DNA of 63,750 bases, filler included, from Squatina squatina (Eukaryota): assembly GCA_031763465.1 (NCBI GenBank). It is 4 parts of 4 records of this genome, joined end to end, with 100 filler letters (N's around TTAATTAATTAA, not from the genome) between each part and the next. Parts side by side here need not be neighbours in the genome. Positions count along the whole stretch, not along the records: positions 16,219 to 33,831 come from JARFOE010000073.1; positions 33,932 to 51,374 come from JARFOE010000004.1; 2 more parts are not named here. One strand, 5' to 3'. Made by a program: the position numbers and the translations under genes. This document shows positions 24,064-36,995 of this stretch, piece by piece (the first letter of the stretch is position 1; the number at the start of each line of letters is the position of its first letter). The notes beneath the pieces were generated by a model. That model was given only the letters and a program-made list of their open reading frames with translations, searched no databases and had not been told where the DNA came from.

Positions 24064-24320
24064 AACCAGCTCTCTATCTAAAGGGGAGGAGTTATAAGGA
24101 ATGTTTTTGCAGAGGAAGGCTATTGGAACATGGAATACATAAGCACAAGGGGCTACTGAGGGAGAGACTTTGAAGGAAATTGGGTAAGTGTTTGAAAAGG
24201 AAGAATATAAAACAATGTGATGAAAGGGTAGAGAAATGGGATTATAGAAGATGGCTCCGGTTGAAGAGCCATTGCAGGCAAAATGGGTTGAATGGCCTCC
24301 TTTCCTGCTTTAACTTTTGT
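24064..24320 (+). mobile_element. CR1 3' UTR fragment (decayed)
   Basis: Ends with the CR1 tail atgggttgaatggcctccttt. Confidence 0.55.
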
Positions 24321-25284
24321 GACTCTTTACGTGCATGGTTAGCAACGTAATAAATGGAGTAGTGGCATTATTGAAGGTGCAGTACGATTATCTGTCCAGT
24401 TGGGTGTTAGTCGAGCTGTAATGGACCTGATTATACAGAATGGAATAATCCTTTATTGTAAACATACTCAAAAGAGGAGATTGCTACCCTTTATTTCATG
24501 GGCTTTATCTCCAGGTGCTAAGAGCAATTTTGTTCCCTTGTCGAGTTAAAATTTGCTATTCTTTAGTCAAACGTGCATTTGGCATGCAAGTACAGCACTT
24601 GTACAGAATCTTCAGCCTTACCATGTACATCGCTGATATAACCTGATAAATAATGGACTGGGCTCCGAGTTGAACTTCATTGATTAACCCTGTGAACAGG
24701 AAGGGAACAAGCAGTACGTTAAAATTTTAGTAACTCAGTGGGCAGCACTCTCATATCTGGGTCAGAAGGTTACGGGTTCAAGTCCCACTCCAGAGACNNN
24801 NNNNNNNNNNNNNNNNNNNNNNNNNNNNNNNNNNNNNNNNNNNNNNNNNNNNNNNNNNNNNNNNNNNNNNNNNNNNNNNNNNNNNNNNNNNNNNNNNCCC
24901 AACCCCAAAATGAGCTTTCGCCCCCTGCTGCTGCCCTGGACGATAACACCAACAGCTTCATGGAACGAGTATCGGGCAGCAACTGTTACTGGGGGAGAAA
25001 ATTAAAAGACAATGTGGCCAAGTGCAGAAAAAAATCTTACCATTGTGCTCCTGCTCCAGATGTGGTTTCTTCGTGGGGTCATGGCCGTTATTGCTCAGCC
25101 CAGCACTCTGCTTGAGTGCCGGGCTGATTGCGCGGCACCCNNNNNNNNNNAAGTGCGCAACGCAGCTGAAAAGTCTGCCGAAATTATCAAGCAGGGTGGG
25201 ACTTCCATGCCTGCTGCTAAGTTTTGTGCCTCCCGGATGTTATCGCAATAATGAATTTCACCCCCCCACCCCCGATCTCCATAT

Positions 25285-25475
25285 AGTTAAATGGAGCACT
25301 GGAGAAGGTGCAAAAAAGATTTACAAGAACCGAGAGGATGTACTAATCAGGAAAGGCTGAACAGGCTGGGATTCTTTTCTCTAGAAAAGAGAAGACTGAG
25401 TAGTGAACTGATGGAGGTCTTTAAGATAATGAAAGGATTTGCTTGGGTAGACGCAGAGAAAATGTTTCCACTTGT
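25285..25475 (+). mobile_element. CR1 ORF2 fragment
   Basis: ERLNRLGFFSLEKRRLSSELMEVFKIMKGF motif. Confidence 0.8.
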
Positions 25476-25575
25476 NNNNNNNNNNNNNNNNNNNNNNNNN
25501 NNNNNNNNNNNNNNNNNNNNNNNNNNNNNNNNNNNNNNNNNNNNNNNNNNNNNNNNNNNNNNNNNNNNNNNNNNN

Positions 25576-25692
25576 CTAAAATTCTCCAGTTCTGGCAACA
25601 TCCTGGTAAATCTCCTCTGTACCCTCTCTAATGCAATCACATCTTTCCTGTACTATGGTGACCAGAACTGCACGCAGTATTCCAGCTGTGGC
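25576..25692 (-). mobile_element. CR1 ORF2 fragment
   Basis: IALERVQRRFTRMLPELENF motif on the minus strand. Confidence 0.8.
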
Positions 25693-26962
25693 AAAGCTGA
25701 AAATGTGAAAAATAATAGGTAACGGTCAACTGATCCATTGAACCTGTCCTATATGGGCGTGGTGTAACGTCTGCACACTATCACCCCTATCCCCTCCCCA
25801 GCCAAGCATCCATGGAATCTCCTAAGAGAAGCAAATTAAAAGAAAAAAAAACTGGACCCCCAGCTAGATTAGGAATTCCTTTTGGGCCCTGTGCATTCCT
25901 TTGAACTCCAGCTTAATTCTCTCTCTTTCCCACCCCCCCCGCCCCACTCCAACCCAAGCATTGCCTCCTGCTGTTTGTGAATGGCACTGTCGCCAATTAA
26001 CACGAGCACAGATTGGTGTTGATAGCCTGAATCATTGTACAACAGTTTGTGTCTTGTAATCATTGGTGTGCGCTTGTAATTCTAATTAATGCAATTCTAA
26101 TCATTGTACCTTTTCAGGAGGGAGGGAGAAAAAGTGAGCAAACCCCAAATAGTTGTTTAAAATTGATTTGTAATTCTCTCTGAGGCAGTCTGATTTACAG
26201 AAGCCATAGTGATGGTGATACCCTTCTAACCGAGCTCTCCACTCTCGTCAATGTGGTGTTCAGTAACTGCAGCAGTGAGGGATGGAGAACAGAGTTGAGA
26301 ATTTAGTTGTTTTCAGGAGCTGTCACGTGGCTGTTGCTCTAATGAGGTCTCAGTGGGACTGACTTGGGGCTTGTTCATTTGCCGTGCACATTTTCTCAGC
26401 CAATGTTTTGGAGCTGATCCATTATTTTTACACATGTCTGTAACGCCAACACTTAGATTAAATTAAACTACAAGGGCCCCCCTGGCTCCCTCTGCCCCAC
26501 TTTGTGTCAAAACACGAGAATCCGCTGAAAATGATGGGCAGCCAATCAAACCTACCAGGCGTGACAGCAGAAGAAGGTGCCTCTTCCGATTTTTACTGGA
26601 GTGTAACAGTTCCTGGGTTCACTTAACACAAAGCCACATGAACCGTGTGGCGTCTGGGTCCTTTCAGATTTCCAGTGAGCTGGGGGAAGTGGAAATGCAG
26701 GTACTTGTGTGAAGCCTCTGTTGCGGGGTCACTTTTAGCAGAGCACAGAAGAAGGATCTAACGATTAAACATTTCGATCAGTTCCGTCAGGTCCAGGGCT
26801 CTGAATCCCAGATTTGGAGACAATTACGGCAGGCCAGCTGCTGAAGTAACCTCTGAGAAATGCAAAGAGCCAACTGGTGGAATTTGATTTTCTTGAACTG
26901 CTAATGTTGGTGAAGCTGAGCAGAAAGACCAAATAATCACCACCGTTTTATTTTATTTGCAG

Positions 26963-27102
26963 GCATTCCAACTCTTATTATCCTGGACCAGGAGGGGAAG
27001 ATAATCACACGCCAGGGGAGGCCAGCAGTGCTCAATGACATGGATTGCAAAGAATTTCCATGGCATCCCAAACCGGTATTAGAGCTTACAGAGTCCAACG
27101 CC
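26963..27102 (+). CDS. NXN: Nucleoredoxin internal exon (3' truncated by gap)
   Basis: tttgcag|GIPTLIILDQEGKIITRQGRPAVLNDMDCKEFPWHPKPVLELTESNA versus human GIPTLIMLDPQGEVITRQGRVEVLNDEDCREFPWHPKPVLELSDSNA. Confidence 0.92.
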
Positions 27103-27202
27103 NNNNNNNNNNNNNNNNNNNNNNNNNNNNNNNNNNNNNNNNNNNNNNNNNNNNNNNNNNNNNNNNNNNNNNNNNNNNNNNNNNNNNNNNNNNNNNNNNN
27201 NN

Positions 27203-28748
27203 CTAAATTGTGACTTGTCCTGAAATGTGACCTGACCTAAAATTTGACTCGTCCTAAAATGTTTCATGACCTAAAATGTGACACATCCTGAAATGTGACG
27301 CAAGCTAAAATGTGATGCGACCTGTAATGTGACGCGTCCTGAAATGTGACGCGACCTGTAATGTGACGCGTCCTGAAATGTGACACGACCTAAAATGTGA
27401 CGCGACCTAAAATGTGACGCGTCCTAAAATGTGACGCGACCTAAAATGTGACGCGTCCTGAAATGTCACGCGAACTAAAATGTGACGCAAACTAAAATGT
27501 GATGCGTCCTTAAATGTGACGAGTCCTGAAATGTCACGGGAGCTAAAATGTGACGCGTTCTGAAATGTGACATATCCTGAAATGTGATCCATCCTAATGT
27601 GTGATGCGACCTAAAATAGGAAGCGTACTGAAATGTCACGCCAGCTAAAATGTGATGCAAACTAAAATGTGAGGCGTCCTAAAATGTGACACATCCTGAA
27701 ATGTGATCTGTCCGAATGTGTGACGTGACCTGAAATGTGAAGCGTCCTGAAATGTGACAGTTCCTGAAATGTCACACGAGCTAAAGTGTGATGCAAACTA
27801 AAATGTGACGCGTCCTAAAATGTGAAGGATCCTAAAATGTTTCACAACCTAAAATGTGACACGACCTGAAATGTGACGCGTCCTGAAATGTGCAGCATCC
27901 TAAAATGAGATGCATCATAAAATGAGACGCGTCCTGAAATGTGACACAACCTAAAATGTGACACATCCTGAAATGTGAAGCATCCTAAAATGAGATGCAA
28001 ACTAACATGTGACGTGTCCTGAAATGTGACATATCCTGAAATGTGACACGTCCTGAAATGTCACGCAAGCTAAAATGTGGTGCAAACTAAAATGTGACGC
28101 CTCCTAAAATGTGTCATAACCTAAAATGGGACACGACTTGAAATGTGATGCGTCCTGAAAAGTTAAGCATCCTAAAATGAGATGCATTCTAAAATGTGAC
28201 GTGTCCTGAAATGTGACGCATCCTGAAATGTGACGCATCATAAAATGTGACGCGTCCTGAAATGTGACGCATCATAAAATGTGACGCATCATAAAATGTG
28301 ATGCGTTTAGAAATGTGTCACGACCCAAATTGTGACATAACCTAAAATGCGACGTGCCGTAAAATGTGACGCGTCCTGAAATGTGACCTGACCTGAAATG
28401 TGACGCGACCTAAGATGTGATGCAACCTAAAATGTCTCAAGACCTCTAATGTGACGCATGCTGAAATGTGACACGTCCTGAACTGTGACGCGACCTAAAA
28501 TGTGACGCGTCCTGAAATGTGACATGACCTAAAATGTGACGTGTCCTGAAATGTCACACGAACTAAAATGTGATGCAAAATAAAATGTGACGCATCCTAA
28601 AATGTGACACGACCTAAAATGTGACATGTCCTGAAATGTGACCCAACCTAAGATGTGACGCAACCTAAAATGTCACAAGAACTGTAATGTGACGCATGCT
28701 GAAATGTGACGCGTCCTGAAATGTTACGCAACCTAAAATGTGACGCAT
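27203..28748. repeat. 17-bp minisatellite (cct[g/a]aaatgtgacgcg[t/a]), roughly 90 copies, CpG-rich
   Basis: Directly visible tandem array of about 1.55 kb between the two NXN exons. Confidence 0.95.
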
Positions 28749-29044
28749 CAGCACAGGTCGGTTGCTACCTCCTGTGCAGTGAGAAGTTCCGCGGTAGGGA
28801 TTAAAATGAACTACGAAGTGCTTTATCTGGGATTAAATTCGGCGCAGGTATGATCAATGCAAAGAATGCATTTGTTTTCCAAGTCCGGATTTACATTCTG
28901 TAACCGCAGGAATGAAAGTTGAAAACAAAATTGGCAGGGTGTAGCAACTTGCAGTTTGGTTTAAAAAGTCCACTGTGCTCGGTGTTTAGCGAAGAATGAT
29001 CCAGGATCTACCCTCCACAATGAAATAGGAGCATTAAAGGCCAC

Positions 29045-29221
29045 ATGACAGAATCGCTACGGGATTTCACGAACCTCCCAGAGTCTGCTCCGTTACTTAC
29101 CATTCTAGACATGTCGCAGAGAGCCAAGTATGTGAAAGATGTCGAGGAAATCACGCCAGCGATTGTGGAAGAGTTTGTGAAGGCGTTCCTGAAAGAAAAG
29201 CTAAAACCAGAGCCCATCTGA
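29045..29221 (+). CDS. NXN: Nucleoredoxin terminal exon sequence (5' splice boundary unclear)
   Basis: MTESLRDFTNLPESAPLLTILDMSQRAKYVKDVEEITPAIVEEFVKAFLKEKLKPEPI* versus human DDMTDSLRDYTNLPEAAPLLTILDMSARAKYVMDVEEITPAIVEAFVNDFLAEKLKPEPI*. Confidence 0.85.
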   Translation: MTESLRDFTNLPESAPLLTILDMSQRAKYVKDVEEITPAIVEEFVKAFLKEKLKPEPI

Positions 29222-30179
29222 AGATGCAAAAAAAAATATTTAATACTCTTACCTGATCTCCGTTCAAACTTCTATTTAAACAAAAAACAAAAAAGGTTAA
29301 AAAAAGGTCNNNNNNNNNNNNNNNNNNNNNNNNNNNNNNNNNNNNNNNNNNNNNNNNNNNNNNNNNNNNNNNNNNNNNNNNNNNNNNNNNNNNNNNNNNN
29401 NNNNNNNNNCAGTGCAAGTGAACTCTAAACTTGTATTTTGTGGCATGCACGCTGTTCATTAAGCAGCTGAGTGTGCCATTCAGCCTTACTTGCATCCTCT
29501 TGTGGCAGTTATGAGACATTACCTCTTTGTTCGGAATGTATTTAATTGCACAAACTGCTCAGAGAGACTGTTTTTATTCTTAAAAACTAATAACCATTCC
29601 TGAACACATACTGTGGAGCATAGCTTTGAATCACATCAGCCTGCTGGGGAAAAACATGCTGCATGTTCAGGCAAGCCAGTGTTCATTCCATCGCCCTTTC
29701 TCTCTCTTTCGTTGCGTGTGTGCGTGTCTGCGCATCAGAAAATGCAGGCAGGACTAAACTGAAGCAATGAGCTAATGCAATTGTGGAATTCTCATTGAAA
29801 CCAGCGAGGGCATGTTTAGAATCAGTGCATTCATCTGCGCAGTGAGTCAGACTGACAGCGTTTAGTATTGTGTTCACTGCAAGCTGCTGCCATGACAGAA
29901 ACAGCAGTCAGACTGTCCCCTTTTCTAAATGCTTAGATTGAGTTCGCATTGCCTGCGCTAAGTGACAGTGGATTCCATTTGAGCCCACAGTCTCTCTGTG
30001 CCAATCCACACCAACAGAGTCTGCATTCACCGTCGTAGGTGGCCGTGTGTTCTATGATTCAACATTTATATAGCGCCTTATCGCATCTCTTGGAAATATC
30101 ACAAAAGTGCTTGATGCGTAATGAAATTCTTTGACGTGTCGTAGTTTCTGCAAGGGCAAACTTGTCAGTTTGAACCAGT

Positions 30180-30765
30180 AGGTGGTGCACGGCAGATGAA
30201 ATTTAACACAGAGGAGTGTGAAGTGATACATTTTGGTAGGAAGATTGAGGAGGGCCAATATAAACTAAATGGCAGTTTTAATGGGGGTGCAGGGACAGAG
30301 AGACCTGGCGGTGCATGTACACAAATCATTGAATATGGCAGAAGTTGAGAAGGTTTTCAAAAAGGCATGTGGGATCCTAGGTTTTATAAATCGAGGCAGA
30401 GAGTACAACAGCAAGGAAATTAGGCTAAACCTTCGTAAAACTCTGGTTAGGCCGCAGCTGGAGTAATGTATTCAATTCTGGGCACTGCACTTTAGGAAGT
30501 ATGTCAACACCTTGGAGAGGGAGCAGAGGAGATTTACTAGAATGGTTCCTGGGATGAGGGACTTCAGTTGTGTGAATAGTCTGGAGAAGCTGAGGTTGTT
30601 CTCCTCAGAGCAGGGANNNNNNNNNNNNNNNNNNNNNNNNNNNNNNNNNNNNNNNNNNNNNNNNNNNNNNNNNNNNNNNNNNNNNNNNNNNNNNNNNNNN
30701 NNNNNNNNNNNNNNNNGGATCGAGGGGCTGAATGGCCTACTCCTGCTCCTATTTCTTATGTTCTT
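30180..30765 (+). mobile_element. CR1 ORF2 3' portion and tail (gap inside)
   Basis: QRDLAVHVHKSL...GILGFINRGREY...LVRPQLE and QRRFTRMVPGMRDF motifs. Tail gggctgaatggcctactcctgctcctatttcttatgttctta. Confidence 0.85.
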
Positions 30766-31764
30766 ACTTTTATTTCCAATGACAGTAAAGCTTCTGATTA
30801 GCCATAATTGCTCAGGCGAGCACTAGGTTGTGCCAAGAGTGTTCATCAACTCAACCTTTACTGAATCCTCTACTGGTGATGGGTCCAATGTAATCTCCTG
30901 TAACTGCTCAGATTGGGAGGCTTGGAGGAGAAGAGAGAGTAAACCTCTGTTTGTAGTTAAACTGAAAGCACGTTCTTTATATTTGAGTTTGCGATTGTGC
31001 TACAGATAGTGAACGGGGGAAAGTTACTGCTGTCCCCTCCCACGGCGAGTTTGTGGTCCGAGTGGAGGTGGTCAAATGCTTTCCCAAGTCAATGAGCAGG
31101 TAATAAGGATGGAGATTAATTGCCCTGGAATACCTTCAGCGCTAGCTTGGCAGAGGCACAGGAGAAAGTCTCACGTGAGCCCTTGCCTGGGTGGAGACCT
31201 GAAATGATGGTGTGGGATAGGGAGGCAAAAAATATAAATACACTGGGACCCCACTATAACATGAACCAGAGAGCCCAAATTACAAGGCCGCATTACAGTG
31301 AGGTCGGGGCACTAGGACCAGGGTGACAGCACTGCTGCTGACCCGGAAATGACGGCCTAGGCCCCGATTAAAGCCTGGGCCTTTCCTGCGCCTGTATCAG
31401 GCGTTGAGGTTCGAGCGCATTCGTTCAACCACGAAGAGACAGTCAACAGGAGTGGTCACGGTTCGTATTGCAATGTTGTTTTGTTTGTTCTTGGGACGGT
31501 GAACACAACTCGTCACCACACCTTATTTTGGGGTCCAAGAGGCTATACCGAGTTCTGCGCTGTAGCGTGTTGCGCTATAGCAAGGCCTCATTGTATCTTC
31601 TACCTCGTCTTTCGCATGAGACCTATCTAGGTTAGCAGCACTCCACTTGTACTGCCTGGAAGTGCAACATCAACCAAAAAGCTTGCGCTGAAAATCCGGT
31701 ATCCGCTCTTTTCTGAATGATGCAGGTGGTTTAAATGCTGCAGGCTTAATGTTGATGCGAATTT

Positions 31765-32110
31765 GAGTGTCAGCTTGACTCAGTGCATAGCGCTCTTCAC
31801 CTCCGAGTCCAAAAGTGTGAGTTCAAGCCCCACACCAGGTACTGGAGCACATAATCTCGGCCGTCACTCCAGTGCAGTACCGAGGGAGTGTTGCACTGCC
31901 AGAGGCGCAGCCTTTCACCTGTTTCTGTGGACGCAAAAATTANNNNNNNNNNACTTGGTCATTTACCGCATGGTGGGATCTTGCTGTGCGCAAATTGGCT
32001 GCTGCTGCATTTCCCTACGTAACAACAGTGACTGCACTTTTTCAAAAAAAAAAGTGTTTGTCGTGAAGCTCTTTAGTGACATCCCGAGGATGTGAGCAGC
32101 GCTCTACAAG
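31765..32110 (+). mobile_element. Deu-SINE (SacSINE1-like), near full length with internal deletion/gap
   Basis: tRNA-like head (tgactcagtgc...gagttcaagccc) and Deu core gggatcttgctgtgcgcaaattggctgc. Confidence 0.8.
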
Positions 32111-32146
32111 TTTGTTGTTCAAAATTCTTTCTAAATTGCCTTACAG

Positions 32147-32267
32147 GCCTTACGATGGCAAATGGAGTAAAACCATGGTGGGGTTTGGCCCCGAGGACGG
32201 TCACTTTGTGTCAGAATTGACTTATAATTACGGAGTGGGTGACTATCGCTTGGGGAATGACTTCTTG
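32147..32267 (+). CDS. GLOD4: Glyoxalase domain-containing protein 4, internal exon (121 nt)
   Basis: ttacag|G CCT TAC...TTG|gtgag gives [40 protein letters not shown] versus human [44 protein letters not shown]4 lies downstream of NXN on the same strand in human 17p13.3. Confidence 0.93.
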
Positions 32268-33496
32268 GTGAGTGTTTCATTTTTTTCATCCTTGCATTAT
32301 TTTTCATGCCTTTCTTTATCGGCCTGGGGTTGGCGGGGGAGGCGGGTAGATTTTTGTTGGGTAAGGGTCTCGGAGTATGGAGCAAAGACAGGTAAATGGA
32401 GTTGGGGTACAGAGAAGCCGTGATCACATAGAATGGCGGCTCGAGGGGCCGCATGGCCCGCNNNNNNNNNNNNNNNNNNNNNNNNNNNNNNNNNNNNNNN
32501 NNNNNNNNNNNNNNNNNNNNNNNNNNNNNNNNNNNNNNNNNNNNNNNNNNNNNNNNNNNNNACTCTAGCGTATGCAATCATCCTCACCTCTCCATGATTC
32601 GACCCTAGGCTGCTCCAGTCCCTCTCCCTCTCCCAACCCCACACCGCCCCTTCTTGCAGTAGCAGAGCAGCACGGATTGATTTATCACCTGATTTATTTC
32701 CCCTCCCTTCGGGAAAACGCTTGACTTCAAATGTCCCCGATGACCTGTCTGAGGTCAGGAATTTGCCACGCTGGGAATAGAAGGTGCAAACACAGATGCT
32801 ACCTCTCCGACTTAGCTCATCAAGGCTCGCGGTGCGTTCCACCTGCCCGATCTATTTATACCGTAGCTTTTTTTATCAATTATGAAAAGCCAGTGGGATA
32901 AATTTTTATATTTTATTCCAGTCAAAGAAAACAGAATAAATGATCCGGTAATCACGTCTTATCAGTGGAAATACATTTTTCTTAAATTTCCGCTGAGATT
33001 TCCCCGCATCAATGTAGGTCAGGCACGAGGGGTTTTAACATTTCAAGCATACTGACTGAAGAGTAGTTTTAATGAAGTGACACAAAGATTTAATCTTGAG
33101 AAAATCTCCTGTGAAAATCAATGTTCAGCGATGCGAATCCCTTGCCAAGTTACTTGTTTCTCTCTGCATCTTTGAACATTTGTTCTCTGTTTTTCCACTA
33201 GGTAGCACTAACGTACAGCTTTCACCCCTTCTGCCCGATGTCACTTTTATTCATGTGCCAAAGTGCTTTCTATCAATATCCATTTTTTTTTTTAAAGTTT
33301 TTTTTTAGAAAGTACAGCCATTCTGGTATTGAAACGACGCAATGCAGTCACGCTGGGATTGAAATGTTTGCACTGCTGGCTAGTTGCTAAGGGAGCGTAG
33401 AAAAATTGTCTCATGCCTCATTTTTCACATGAGACCAGCTGAGTAGAGGTTGTGGTGAATTTAACCCCTCGCTCTTCAATCTTCTCCCATCAAGGT

Positions 33497-33831
33497 ATCA
33501 GCTGTGGCTCAATGGGCAGCACTCTCACCTCTGAGTCAGAAGGTTATGGGCTCAAGTCCAACCCCAGAGACTTGAGCACAAAAGTCTAGGCTGACACTCC
33601 CAGAGCAGTGCTGAGGGAGCGCTGCACTGTCGGAGGTGCCGTCTTTCACATGAGATATTAAATCCAGGCCCCTGTCTACTCTCTCAGGTGGACGTAAAAG
33701 ATCCCATGGTGCTATCTTGAAGAAGAGCAGCGGAGACGTACTGGTCAATATTTCTCCCTCAATCAACATCACTAAAACAGATGATCTGGTCATTATCACA
33801 TTGCTGTTTGTGGGAGCTTGCTGTGCGCAAA
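33497..33831 (+). mobile_element. Deu-SINE (SacSINE1-like), well preserved 5' part
   Basis: A-box tggctcaatgg and B-box-like ggctcaagtcc, followed by the Deu core ending at the gap. Further heads at about 15965, 24733, 59510 (+) and 61430-61577 (-). Confidence 0.85.
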
Positions 33832-33875
33832 NNNNNNNNNNNNNNNNNNNNNNNNNNNNNNNNNNNNNNNNNNNN

Positions 33876-33887
33876 TTAATTAATTAA
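33876..33887. other. Artificial linker TTAATTAATTAA in a 100-nt gap
   Basis: 44N+12+44N, identical to 16163. Confidence 0.95.
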
Positions 33888-33931
33888 NNNNNNNNNNNNN
33901 NNNNNNNNNNNNNNNNNNNNNNNNNNNNNNN

Positions 33932-34569
33932 AACTGAACTCTGAAGTTATTCATCTTGATGAGCCAAGCTGCCATACTTCATTTGCGGAGGAAATTGGCC
34001 AGAGTGTGGGTCCAGAATTGCATCCAGAAGAGCTTGTAGATATAATTCAGGTGTTTGAAATTCCAACTCTGCAGGAAGCAGATGATCGAGTGCGCACAAA
34101 CCTTTCAGCTGCCAGCAGCACTGACATTGTGAAACAAGGGTTAGTGGAGAATTACTTTGGATCTAGAAGCAGTACAGACCTTTCTGATATTAGTCCTGGT
34201 GGTGGTGGTGGCAGCTGCCCCACAAGTCCTCAAAAGGAGATTGTTGGCCTTGCTACTCTTGCACAAGTAGAAGACGATGAAGAACAAGAAATGATAGAAA
34301 ATGGATATTACGAAGCTGATGNNNNNNNNNNAGAAATGATGCAATCAGATCTGAGCTGATTAATGCTGATCATGCCACAGAAGGAGCAAGCATGCCAGGT
34401 GCACGCACTCCTACTTGTTTATCATTTTCGTCAATTGTCAGAGATTCCCCATCTATCAGTGGCCTGTCTACAAGAAGCAAACTTGATGCAATTACAAAGC
34501 AACCCAGCAGTGCTGTCTTCAGTTCTACTGTGCCAGTCTCCTGGTATGATGATGCTGCCACAAAAGGAC
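33932..34569 (+). CDS. FAM135A: FAM135A large central exon (partial; 10-N gap at 34322-34331 shifts the apparent frame)
   Basis: SSTDIVKQGLVENYFGSRSSTDLSDIS...SPQKE...MIENGYYEAD and CLSFSSIVRDSP...SKLDAITKQPSS...VSWY match recalled human FAM135A (QGLVENYFGSQSSTDISD, QNGYYEETD, SKFDAITKQPSS). Confidence 0.85.
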
Positions 34570-34990
34570 NNNNNNNNNNNNNNNNNNNNNNNNNNNNNNN
34601 NNNNNNNNNNNNNNNNNNNNNNNNNNNNNNNNNNNNNNNNNNNNNNNNNNNNNNNNNNNNNNNNNNNNNTACAAACAAAAAAATGGTGCTGAATATTGCA
34701 AATCATAATGGGAACCAGTTACATTGGGCAGTTTGAGTAGAACAATGTGCACTGAAGAAAATTGAAAATCTTCATGTTTGGTTTGTCTAATTTTCTATCT
34801 TCCTCCAACAACTTCTTAAACGGTGCAGAATGCCTTAGAACACAATATGGTTTCCTTACTATTGAAGAAAAGTGCCCAGTTTAACCTATGCTGGTAAATC
34901 TGCAGATTTCCTAAAGCCACAGCAGTAGTGTCCACTTGTAGCAAGCTTAATATTAAGCTTTTTTTTTAAAGGCTTAATTTTGTACTTTAA

Positions 34991-35140
<150 letters not shown>

Positions 35141-36734
35141 TGATGATTTTTTTGTTTTTTTTTAAAAAAAAACTAGTTGATCTCCCATAGCAATGATCAT
35201 CAACATTTTTATTAAAATTTTGGAATTCAATAGTCCAAATCATCTGACACTTGCGACTCGGCTTGCTCACAAGTGAGTCGTAGGTTTGACTTCTGCTTGA
35301 ATTTTTAAATGTCTAGTTGCTTCAACTTACTTAGCATAACTTTCAAATAATTAAGAGTTACTTCAAAAAAAAGATTGGNNNNNNNNNNNNNNNNNNNNNN
35401 NNNNNNNNNNNNNNNNNNNNNNNNNNNNNNNNNNNNNNNNNNNNNNNNNNNNNNNNNNNNNNNNNNNNNNNNNNNNNNGCACACACACACACACACAGTC
35501 ATCGTTGAAGAAAGTACATGCCCTAACGTCAGTTTTGAAGATACCTTTTCTTCCCATGATAGGAACGCTAATATTTTTCAACTGAAGGTCGGAACGCTTG
35601 TTTCAGAAGCCTACTGTCCGGCGTTCCAATTATGGGGGCACTCCAACCAAAAATCACGGTGGTTGTAGTGACTCCTGGCAGGAACTATATTATTTGAAGA
35701 AATAGAAACCTTGAATAAGTCAGCAGAAGAACGTCTGGAAGAAGAATGCGTCATCCTCAGAAACACAGCGCGAGGTATCCAATGGAGTATTTGATCATGT
35801 CAGTGTAGTGCTATCTCTAGAAACTCCACTCCAATTAGATGTGTTTGAAGAAGCTATTTTGCGCACTAGCAGCTGCTTCTGCCATGACTTGTAAATATCT
35901 ATATTCAAAATTTAGTGAATCTGAAGTAAACATTTGAGCTAGTGATGAAAGCAGTAGTTTTCAAATCCTTCTCTCGATGTCACTCAGTTAAGACCAGTAA
36001 GAGTTGGATCTTGCAAGCAGGAGAATAGGTCGAAACTGGAATCCTGGTCAAACTCAGATGTCTTGTCACCTTAGGTGAAGTTAGTTTGCCAAGAACACTC
36101 ATATTGGGAGCAATAATGCTATAATTCAGAGATCTCTGCAAACTTGATCAGTTTGTAACACAGTCCGCAGCAGCTTAGCTATTTCATCTAAATAACATAT
36201 AATATCCATCACATGGAACTTGCCATTAACCAAGCATCTGATTTCTGGACTGGCTTGAAAGAAAGACATATTTGCATTTGTATCATGCCTTTTATGCCCC
36301 CAGAGCTCTTTATAGCCAATGAAAACCTTTTGAAGCTCTGTTGTAATATAGGAATTTGTAATAATGATATTATAATAAAGGATCCTCTTGCACGAATGCC
36401 AATCTGCATCAAGGTGTGGAGCATGCTTTCAGTTGACTTTGTAATGATAGTTCCAAAATAGAGTACATTTGAATAAAGACTCACACTAAAATTAAAACAA
36501 TGTATATGCTGTTAGAAATTAATGATGTCAAACCCAGAGGTGAAATTTATTTTTTAACAGCTCTAGATACAGACCCAGACCTTGCATTTAGAAATGTATG
36601 TAGGAGTTTACATAGGGATGATACCCAGGACCATTTGGCAGTACCTGGAAAATGTTAACTTAATTAATTATTTTCCACTTCCTGAACCGTGTTGGTGATC
36701 CATTGGTATTGATGTAGTGGGTGAAGATACATAG

Positions 36735-36995
<261 letters not shown>

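Noticed and set aside
27203-28748. Possible CRISPR-like array
   Set aside because: Units are directly tandem with no unique spacers, there are no cas genes, and the context is vertebrate.
31330-31480. CpG-richer patch with CCGGAAATGACG (ETS/CRE-like) as a GLOD4/MRM3 promoter
   Set aside because: I could not find GLOD4 exons 1-2 or any MRM3 exon nearby, so the motif alone is insufficient.
33497-33575. tRNA gene candidates (also about 31770, 24733, 59510, 61500)
   Set aside because: These are tRNA-derived SINE heads that continue into the Deu-SINE body, with no intact cloverleaf.
35498-35795. Protein-like reading frame between the FAM135A exons
   Set aside because: Interrupted by tandem stops (tag tga) and not similar to FAM135A, SDHAF4 or any family I recognise.
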